Assembly (NCBI GenBank): GCA_002633005.1
Contig: NMRA01000045.1
Location: 1,171,552-1,235,551 of the forward strand
From: Phoronis australis
Lineage: Eukaryota > Animalia > Phoronida
Length of the DNA stretch: 64,000 nt
Direction: 5' to 3'
Shown here: positions 12,401-23,500 of the stretch, one piece after another
Numbering within the stretch: position 1 is the first letter of the stretch
Layout: the number at the start of each line of letters is the position of its first letter
Made by a program: the position numbers and the translations under genes
Notes under the pieces: model-generated
Databases searched by the model: none
Seen by the model: the letters and a program-made list of their open reading frames with translations, nothing else
Told to the model about the DNA's origin: nothing

Positions 12401-14488
12401 TACGGCGAAGTGTGTCATCCATCGGAAAGCGATGCAAAGGTACTCCTAAAGCGCGCGTGAGCCGATAATTAGTACATCCTGGTACGCAGCAACAGTGTGG
12501 CATGTTGACTGACTAGTAAATGAAAGCAAACGACGACGGAACTTAACACAACCGAGGTAGAACAATGACTGACTCGGCAGCTCTCACAGTCAGACTATAT
12601 GGAAAGAAATTGGCGCGAAATGCTTGCCTCCTAAAACGTCACTTCCGGAGTAGCGGACGAGTAATTAATAAAATTACGAAAAGCTGTAATTAAGTGGAAA
12701 ATATGTCTAGGATAACCAACCAACCTTATTTTAGCTCAAAATGACATGGAAAAAAGTTGCCTTCGCCTTTAATATTGTCTTCCTTCTTGACCCGAGAGGA
12801 AATTAAACTCATAAAATATGCCTTCAATGTCTCCTCTGAATTTAGATTTGAGACTTTCTTAGGTTTCAAAGTATTATTCAAATGGGTTAAATGCAGCAAT
12901 GCAGAGACTAATCTTGGATGCTTGTGTTAATATGACAGAGTACTGTGTTTACGGATTATGCCGTCAGTTCACTCTTGCCTCCAAACACTCCATCCTTTGT
13001 GTTTCTATGCCCAGTGAAATAACTGCATGCCCATTACCTCCCTGATCAATAAAACAACTGAAAAACAAATTCAATCTAAAATTCCAAGCATCAAATATGT
13101 ATTACAAGGTGCAGCCCTGTTTGTAAAGTTCAATTCAGTCAGCGCATCGCCTTGAACAGTAAGTTCATACACCTCCAGGTTTGCAATTTTAAGCCGACAG
13201 AGACAACACTTCCCCTCCCTGGAAACGATGAGACTCTTGCGTACATGTGGTTAAGGTAGAACTTATCTAGCTTGAAACAGTGGAAGGAGAATTAAATTAA
13301 CTAAATTTGAGAAATAGTCAATATTTGATGTCTCAACTTTAGAGTTTATGATAAATAATAAACAATAATTCACACAGATACTGCACACATAGGGAAACAT
13401 GAAAATGTTTCATTTGCGATTATTTTTGATGATTTCATGAAGTGTCAAGTTCATTTTTTTTTGACACAAAGGCTGATATTTTGAGAAATATGACAAACAC
13501 TAACATCGCCTATGTACTTATGTCCCAAACTTCAAAATCACAAGAAATTCAATTTCAGCTTGAATTTTGCAATCCTAAACTGGAGAACTTTGAGCACATC
13601 ATAGACTCTACATCAGTCACCATACACTTACACATGTACATCAAGTCTCTACATCAGTCATCATACACTACCACATGTACATCAAGTCTCTACATCAGTC
13701 ATCATACACTTCCACATGCACACCAAGTCTCTACATCAGTCACTTTTGACTACTTACACGTCAAGCGAATTTTCTTCACATGATGACACCTCTGGCTCGG
13801 CCTTGACTGCACTATCTGGTGACGTGTTGGTATTAGGGGTACCACCATCCGTCTCCTCCACACCTGGGTACCGGAAGGTGGGCTGGGTAGGGATCGAGGG
13901 CAACTTGTACGCCTCCTGGCTGAGGCTAGTGAAGTTGAAGCCTTGTGACAACCTTGGTACCTGAATCGCTTGAGGCTGAGAGGAGGGTAGTGGCTGGCTG
14001 GGTGGATATTGCTGGACTAACAGGTGAGCTTGTGATGGTGTCGGAATGCTGGCCAGTCTCTGCATTGATGCTCTGAAACAATGTCACCTAGTGTGAGGAT
14101 TTTCTCTCGGCACATGTTACTGAATGGAGTTTTACTCGTGTCATATTGTGTCAATGGTTGAACACAATATGTGAGAGCCAAAGCAATTTAAGGCAGTGTT
14201 TGAAAGCTTGATTTGTTGGAGTTTCTTTAAAAACATGAAAAAGATCATCTCTCGTCAAACATAACGATTTTTTAAACATGCCAAATTTTGGGCATCTTTT
14301 TCAAAATTCTTATCGTAATTGTGATGAAACTTCTTTTTTGAAAACTACTGAAACCTCTCTTTATCAGTTTTCTGTGATCTGTCTTTCTACCAATTTGACC
14401 CCTTTATCACCTATTTCATTTTATCTGATACCTATTATGAATGTAAATATGCAATTCTGCTCATTCCGTCATTTCAACACCTCATTTC

Positions 14489-14525
<37 letters not shown>

Positions 14526-17500
14526 GCCAAGAGAAAATATGAACTATACAATTTCGCCGATCCAATGACAGCAGTTAGATCAAATGTGAATTATGGTGTC
14601 AAAACATGTTAAAAATGAAATCTTCAATTTTGAAGAGTATCAATAGGAAACTGAAATTAAGACGGCCTTATTTTGTGGATAAAGAAAAATCATTGCTGCT
14701 TATTGAATTTCGTGAAATTAACTTGCTTAATATCTCAATCCTGACTCAAGACGGTCAAAAATATCAGCTGTACACAACAAAAAGTTTGGCAATGTGAAAA
14801 CTAAATTCAGGCTTGCTGGAACAAAATATAAAAATTTTTTGGCGTTTTGACAAAAATTATTTTAATTTCAAATAACATTTCAAAATGACATGCCTATCCT
14901 GCATCTACTATTAAGAAGTTGCAATAAGAGAACTGGGTATAATCTGAGGTAGTCAATCAAAAGTTGAGCTTGCCAGAAACTTTACTTCTGCAAACCTGTA
15001 ACAGGTATTCCATTTCACGGCTGTTCTAGGTATTTAGTGTCAAACGAATAAGCAGAAAAAGGCACTTATGAACAAAATTTTTGCCATTAGTGTAAAATGC
15101 TCAGAATATGGCAATAAAGCTCAAGTATTCAAGTAAATAATTATCTTATTCTAATTCTTTTCATTGCATGTCACCAAGAGAAAATCAAAATCCCCAAAAA
15201 TTGTTGAATACCTTAAAAGCAGCAATTGATTTCATGCTGACAGTCATGACAACTTTGCTCTTTGAAGAGGTCACCAACTTATTTACTCATTACCATATTC
15301 AAATTTGCTGTGAAGTCATAAAATGTGTGAAGACATAACTAATTAGTCATAATATAGGATTAGGCCCCTGATGATGATTGTACTGAACATTTATGATGCC
15401 TGTATCTTGATCGCGCACAACCTTTGTAGACTTATTTCATGAAGAAACCGTAAAAAGTTTTACTTCGGGGCGTAAATGTGAGCGAAAAACTTAAAATTGC
15501 CAACTATTTTCTCAGAAAGCATAGCAAGTGGTGGAAAATCCTGAAACTTGAGGTCACATTTGACAAGCTGAGGAACTAAAATCTTAAACTGCTTTTGACA
15601 AGTGAGGTTCCGCCCCAAGGTTACACCACCAAACTGAGGTTGCAATATTGAGAGCCTTCACTTACTACACAGTCATTTTAATATCGTAGTTAAAATGTTA
15701 AGGACATCTTGAATTTTGTCAATCAATTTCACAATCTGACGCAGCGCCGTGCAGATGTTACAATTTGGAATACATAAAACGGTGTTTTGATTGGTCTGCT
15801 AGAAACTAAAGAAGATTCCACCAACACTGTACAAGAAAATGAAACGTTCAGAAACACTAGCATTAAAACATTCTTAGTTATCCGGCATCTTATTTTGCAA
15901 TCACATTTGAAAATAAAAAATACCAATTTAATTATTTGCCCCAGAGGATAAAAACAGAGAAAAGTGGCGTTGCATAAATTTTGAAATATGTATTTCTATT
16001 TACAGAAATTCAAGCATATCAGAAAAAATCTGCTGATACAACAATGTGACGCGCATTATGGCATGACAATAAACTTAACAAATAAACATAAAAACTAACA
16101 AAAGACAAAATTTTATAAAAACGTAAAAATATCAATATTAATACTTAAAGCTGCTATAAACTTTACTCCAACAAAGAAATTAACTTTTAATTTAGACCAC
16201 TTGCCAAAATGAACCTGGTCCTTGCTCAGACAAGAAGTAGTTTATGAGTTTGGAAAACAAAGACAATTCATTTTAGCTGAAGACCGTGTTCAGCAAATAA
16301 AATGACATGCCATATCAAGCCCACTGCAAGTAAACAGACAAAATATTATTTTCCCCATCATGAAAGCAAATTATGTTAACAGCAAAAAACAACTGTTTTT
16401 AACTATCAGTTTGGAAAATTTCTAAATAAAGAATGGATTAGCCACCTAACTCTCTTGTTAATCCCCATTCATTCTTGATCATCAGGGGAGACCACTCTGA
16501 AGATGAATTTGGCTTCCGCCCAGCCATTATGATGGGGAATTGAGGGGAATTTCACGTGAATACTTGTAGTGGTTGAACCTTGTCTTCAATACTAAGACAT
16601 CATCACTTCCAATTTGACTTACGAACAGGTCGAGGCCGATTTCACATCAACATTTTGTGGTCAAAATTTATTTTATTGATTAAAAGGTTAGTTTATAGGA
16701 GCTTTAATGCACAAAAATATTCAATACTTCTTGGTGGTAAAAACAGAAACTCACTGGCCAGTGGCCACTGAAACAATTAATTATTAAAACAAAACTACTG
16801 GCATTAAGATTAAAGTGATACTTCCTGTAAGGGTAATTAAATTAGATGCTCTATAGAACCTAGAGAAACAAGCAAACACACTGGGCTTGAACATAAAAAT
16901 AGTCCAACAGGGCCAGAAAAGTGTTCATTATCCACATTAATGTCAAAATTCTGTAACATAGGACTATTTCTCTAGTTTAAGACACTGAAATAAGTCAGTT
17001 TTGCTAAGTGATCTTTGACAGCCTAATGTAATTTATCTTTATTTTTCATTTTTATGAGCAAATACCTCTATTTGCTTCAAATTTATGACCATGCCATTTG
17101 ACTTATACAGAAATAATGTATCTCAGTGTCTGGAAATTACAGTTTTATAAAGTTAACCCACAATCAATCTAAGTCTTTCCTAAAATAAAACTAAATGAGA
17201 AATGAGACTTACGATGTAATCCGAATATATTATTTACAAATTAATTTACAACAGTTAAGTTTACACTCCATCAGTACATTAAATTCACACAACTACTTTG
17301 TAATAACTGGTTGCACATAGCAACAGTCACTAACGATAACTATGGTAACTATGACTAGATTGATTGCCGTTAATCTTTCTCCTCCTTCATTTTCTTTTTA
17401 GTGAACTTTCTCCGTTTGCCGTCCTGTCGATTATCACGCTTAATTTTGCTCGTGAATAGGCTCTGGTACCTGAAACGATGCAGCGAGATGGGCACATTGA

Positions 17501-20500
17501 TTAGTAGTGTTTATGTTTCATATTCCCAGTGCTGTCAGTTTGGTCCATGGAAGACCAGGTAGGGTGCTCAAATTCACTGCATCGTTTCAACTCACCATTT
17601 TAGTACCTGATCAGCATACACAGGTAACCATTTAATAATCACTTACATTTAATACCGAACTGCCAACACGTTTAGCACATAATTTGTAACCGTCACGCTA
17701 AAAAACTGTTTCTTAAGTCAAAACTTTCACGTTTTCAAATATTTTCAGAAAATTTAAATTTCAATCCAGAGATGGTGTGGCACACCCAAAAACAATTATT
17801 TTCAGTTTCAAGTCATGTTCAACTAAAAAAGCAAAATAAAAACTTGGTTCATTACATATATGTTTTGTGGTGAGGCGTTTCCAATTCCTTCCCACCAGAC
17901 CACAGCCCCACAAATCCCCATGTCTCAGTATAATTCCTGATCCATGCCAATGTTTTATGTGCCCAGGTTCTCAGCGCTGAAGTCAGCATGACAAAACATG
18001 GTGAATTCTTTTCCTATTTTCAAATGTAACACAATTCTTTGTAATATTCGCCTCCAAAATTCCATTTTCGAAACCTTGACAAGATTTCTAAAGCAGCTGA
18101 TATCCCACGATATAACGCATTTTGATTGATCAGTCATTCACTTAAATTGACCAATCATGAAAAGAAAACTCTGGTAATCAGGATACGTCTTGTTTCTGAA
18201 GTCTTGTGCTCTGAACTACATCCGTCATTTCTGGAGTTTTCTTCTCAATCTTTGACGATCTAGCACTCCGCTAATTTCAAAGATTTTTTTTACTTCCTAA
18301 TGATTTTTGTAGAGAAATAAATGCTGTTCACAGTCATCTCATTCATCAACAAAACGACTAAAATCTACTTAATCATGCCATAATAACTGAAATCTTATGT
18401 CAGGTCTATTGAACAACCAAGAGTACAGAATAAGTCAAGGGTATGTGTAATATATTTATCGCCATTTCCACATTTGCTGAGTCGACGATAGCAATGAAAA
18501 GTGCAACTAAACAAGCACTGTCAAGACTGACTTGTTCTCTTTAAAAATGTATTTGTTGTACAATTTTACCTGTGTCTCAAAAGTAGCATTATAACTAGTA
18601 CCAGGTCACATACACTTCCGCAAGTGACATGAATTTCAATGCGGACCAGCTCCCCTTCAGTAATACAACCGATGCTCGTACAAGAAGAACAACACCAAAA
18701 TATAACAGGAAACATCTAAATGGCAAACTGTCTGGTACCATCAATGTAACATTTAAATAGCATCTTAACAGTTCCTCAAAGACGTTTATTTTTAAAACAT
18801 ACTGTCTTATATTCGTAAATGGCTATTCCAGTTCAATTATCAACGCTGCTGAATGTGCAACTTGTGCACTATTTATATTAGTAAATATTAATAATATTAA
18901 TAACAGTTAGTAGTGGTAGCAATAGTAACCCAGAACAGGATTTCTGCAGCTTTGTGAAAAGATTAATAGCATCACAGACACCATGTACATTCACAACAGT
19001 ATTTTCTGACTGGCTTAGTTAACACGAACACGCTTAAAGTTGTATATGACCTTATAAACTAGATGATGTATTTTAGCAAAATGTTTGCTAAACTGCAGTC
19101 AATTTTAACTCGGGAAAAGTATATATTTTCTAAAAGTACAAGCCCGCAGAACTTGATGGTTGACTTTATACCAACCTGTCATTAATTGAGCTACGTGACC
19201 ATGTATTTTAGTCAAAAGAGAAGGTACATTCAAGCCAAACAACTATCAATTATATGAACGAATTTCATTTGACATAATGTCCCTGATGAAATCTCAAAAA
19301 TGCCGTTACAGTTTTCTAAATTATTACGTTTTATTTAACTTCTGATTTTTTATAAAAATCGAACTAGTCATATTTTGATAGCCCAGTTTTCTAACTCATT
19401 TCGTTTCAAGCAACTTTGGAGTTTATTTCATCAAAATCTAAAATGTCCTATTTTGACAGCCTCTCAAACAAAAGTGCAATATGTTAAAAGCAATGCTTAA
19501 TAGCATTTTGGAGACCAGTGCTTAAAGCACGGTATGCGAGTTTCCCATAAATCCGATCATTCTTTTCTTAGAAATGATGTTCCGTTTGCCAAATTTGGAT
19601 GTGTTTCTAGGGTCCATAACCTTAACATTCTTTTAAAAAGCAATACCGTCTAGGTTGCAGATGCTAAGCTCAAGCAAATCTAAAGCATATCTTCATTATA
19701 CATTCCGAATGCTTGATTTTTGCACACATAAGGACACTAAGCTTTGAGATGCTTCCTGTCCATCCAATTCATGCTGCACAGCACTGCAGCACAAAAAGAC
19801 TATCCCGTCACTCTTTGGGCCAAGTACTGTCGGGAAGAAGCGGGATCATTATTGGACCACCCTAAATTTCGGTCATTAGTTCAGTGGCAACATACGGACA
19901 CTGGCACTATGGCATAGCTGCAAGTGTTGCACGTGCATGCCAAGTGCTCGAGGACAGTGACAACTAAATACAGAGATGTTTATAATATCAGTAATGTTCT
20001 GAGCATATATGATATCTTGAACAATCTAGAATATGAGAACCTTCAGCAAAAATGAATGGCTCACTGTCAGTTCAACACAGTACTCACTGTTTATGGATAG
20101 AAGCCTGTCGATTTCTCATCTCTTGTAACTGGGCGGTTGGTATGGCGCTGGCCAGTTCCAGGGAATCTCTGATCTTGACCAGCATCTCATAGTTTTCACG
20201 ACCTCTCACCTGTCAGACAAAGGAACCACCGGTAATATAAATGAAGGTTGGGTTTAAGTTACAATCGCAATGCAATATTTCCAAAACATTCCTCAGTTGA
20301 AGTTTTAAGGCGGAAACTGTATGATTACAGAACACGTCTACAGCAAACGCACTTTACAAGTCAAACACATGCTTTCAAGGATTCTACAATGAACTGCCAT
20401 AATTTTACAGTATTTATTATACTGGACTATTGCAAAAAGTGAAACTTTGTAGAGCTCAACAAACTTGCATACTTATGTCATCATTTTACAATGGACTCAT

Positions 20501-23500
20501 TCATGTCAATACAATGTCCCAATATCCCTCGATGAAAGTTACAGAGAGCGCCTAGTGGCGATAAGACATCAACCTACCGTTAGTGTAAACACCTCTTCCT
20601 CTGTACGGGGCTTCTTGGCGGCTGGGCCAACTGACATAAACTCATTTGTCACCGTTACCTTATTGGCTAAAGAAAATTAAGTTAGAATCAGGTGTGAAAG
20701 TTGCTTAGTATGTGATACAAGAGCAAAAATGGCTTGATGAAAAATTAACTATCCCTTATCAACCATTTTCCTTCTGCGCCTTCAATGATATTCCAAACCG
20801 TTTCTTTCTTCAAAAGAACTATAATCTGGATAACTTAAGCACAATGACATTAACAGTTTGAATAACAATGCAATAACTGTGTGTTAAAAAAAGGGAGCGA
20901 AGACATACTTCTGGACTCAAAAGAATGTCACGAAACTGTATAAGTGTGAAGCACATTGCATTGAAGTTTCAACACATTGCACTATGACCCATCTTGTAAA
21001 ACAATACAATTCAAGCATCATGACAATGAGCAGATTATAATTTGCTCATCCTTAATCCCACCTCGTTCTTTTATGGAAATCTGTACACTAAGGCAACAAA
21101 AAATATCAAAGAGTGAAATGCTTATGATCAGTCCCAAAAACAAAGCTAGAATACGCTTAGCTTAGAGCCTGGACACACTCACTTATCCAGCTGAAATACA
21201 GAATGACGTGAAAAAATATGAATACAGTCTTTAAGAGCTCTTATTTGAATACCATCTCAATGTAAGTTGCTGACCTGTGGGTGAGAACCCAGAATTTGTC
21301 CCCATGGACAGATTCCAGCATCTGATTCATGGTTCAGGGCTCTGGATTTGTTCTCCAAGAACACAACAGAATGTGTCATAACTTTCATGCCAATCAGACA
21401 TCTTCAAATCCGCAATAGAAACAACCAGCCAACTTTGCAATCTCGAAGAATAATTAAGTAAGCTGCTAAAGAAGACAAGACTCGTTTTCTAATGACCAAG
21501 ACGCTAAACTGCATTTATTTAAAACATACCTTCGCGTTTCTTGGCAGCTTTGCTAGGTAAGGTGGTCCTCTCACTGTCTTTGCGGTCCCGCCCCGGGCAG
21601 GCACAGATTCTCACCTCTATCACCTGCCGTCCAAGTACTTCCCCGCAGTAACTGCAGACAAAAAGAATCTAGTTCAGGAAATGACATCCAAGCTTAATAA
21701 CAGCAGTTGACAACGCTAAGGCATAATGACAGTGTTAGCCAAGACTTCATTCCATCGTCATATATGCCCATACATGCATATCCGAAATAATGCATTTCTA
21801 CAGAATTTTTCACTATTAAAATAACAGGAGCTTCTAAAGTAGGCACATGCCCCTGATGAACACAGACGGCATGCGTATGAAACTGAGTATTTTTGCAAGT
21901 GTTTTGTCCATTCACGGTACTTTTCGTTGAACAGTAGATATCAAATTGAATGAACATCAACTTCTACCACTTTCAAACATAAAAGTCAAGTTTCAAGTGC
22001 ATCCAATTTCTGAAACTTGGTCGCAAATAGATACAAGAACGGTAATAAAATTTCCAGAACAATTTGAAGACAGTTAATACCTGTCCACATTAAACAAGAT
22101 CTGGATTCAAAATTGGACGTATGACACCTTTGACTGCTGTACATGTCATTTAAAGATTTTGAAAAGTGGAAAGTTCTTACTATCACTAACTATTATTTAA
22201 CTAAAAAACGATGAAACTGATGAAACCAAAATTCCTTGAAAGTAATTTTTACTTAGAATCATGAAGTCCTGAATCTGGTCTTATGTTGCTCGTTCCTGCA
22301 CAGAAAAGTTCAGTGTTTAAGATGGATTTATCATTGAGGCCACAACCGTTGCATTTAACTATTGGTGGATGACTTACCTCACACACTGTACAAACACAAA
22401 GGAAATCTCCCATTCTTACACAAGGTCGTTTGCACACAGTTCAAAGCCATACATATTGCCTACGAGTTAAAATTCATCATTTACGTGGTACTTTAAAAAC
22501 GAGTTAAATACCCCCACCCTCTGCTGCCCATTATTTAACCACTCATACCCTCACCCTCTACTGCCCATTATTTAACCACCCATACCCTCACCCTCTACTG
22601 CCCATTATTTAACCACTCATACCCTCAACCTCTGCTGCCCATTATTTAACCACACATACCACTCACCTTTCTAACGTGAACACCACCTGCACTGCTCGCC
22701 TGTTGATCCCCCCGGCACAGCTGTTGTTACACATGAACTGGTAAAGGTACGTGCGCCACTCATCGCCCACCTCGTTCGACTCCAGAGGGACCAGCACTGA
22801 CTGTCGACTGGACTCAGGGTCGTCATAGTACTCTACATAGGGATTGTCGCAACGGACAAAATGTGACTCAGGAACACCATCTGTAAGGCGTGTATGAGAT
22901 ATATTCCAAGTCCAAATACAAACCTTTGATGACTATTTTCGATTTTCTATGCCAAAACTCCAACTTTTGAACAAGGCCACTAACAGATATGAAATAGGGC
23001 TCAGTGGAAGACTTTCAGGAAGCAGTGGGGGCCGATCATGTGGGACTGTTTACTCATAACACTACCTGGCTATATCAGGAGTCACTTTGACTTCACAGCG
23101 GATGGCATTGGGGAACGGTTTGACTTCGTAAAAAGACCCCTTTACATGTATGTGATTAGATGTGAAGTGTTTTAAACAAAAGTTATGTGTTTTCTCATCA
23201 CCAGTCACCAAGTTGCTATTTGAAAGTCTCCCATTAGTACAATACACCATCAAACATCGGAAATCACCCCTAATCACTCCATGTGCCAAAAGCAACACGG
23301 TTGTCAGTCTAATGACAATAAGCAGGTTTCACCAAGCATTTCGAAAAATATTTTGCATTAGAAGCAACGTTGTAATCCTTTGAAAAATTGAAAGATGAGA
23401 ATTTTAGTTTTTACTTTTGTCCTTAATAAAGACTTCATATCATAACCTTAACACAAATGCAACTTTCATCAGGAACTACTTCACACTGGCAATAGATCTA

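Larger units (their letters stand above)
11081..12768. mobile_element. Internally deleted Kolobok DNA transposon (1688 bp) in a p53-family intron
   Basis: TTAA TSDs at 11077-11080 and 12769-12772. About 160-bp near-identical TIRs (11081-11241 / 12608-12768) with AGG...CCT ends. It carries convergent THAP-transposase and KolX-like ORF remnants. Confidence 0.88.

Noticed and set aside
11925-12503. Host THAP gene or P-element
   Set aside because: Enclosed by TIRs with a TTAA TSD and paired with a KolX-like ORF, which fits Kolobok.
13170-13270. Additional p53-family exon
   Set aside because: Candidate acceptors give an immediate stop in the required phase, and 13758 joins 10343 cleanly.
22508-22666. 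CRISPR-like array
   Set aside because: Head-to-tail units without unique spacers, in a eukaryotic intron.
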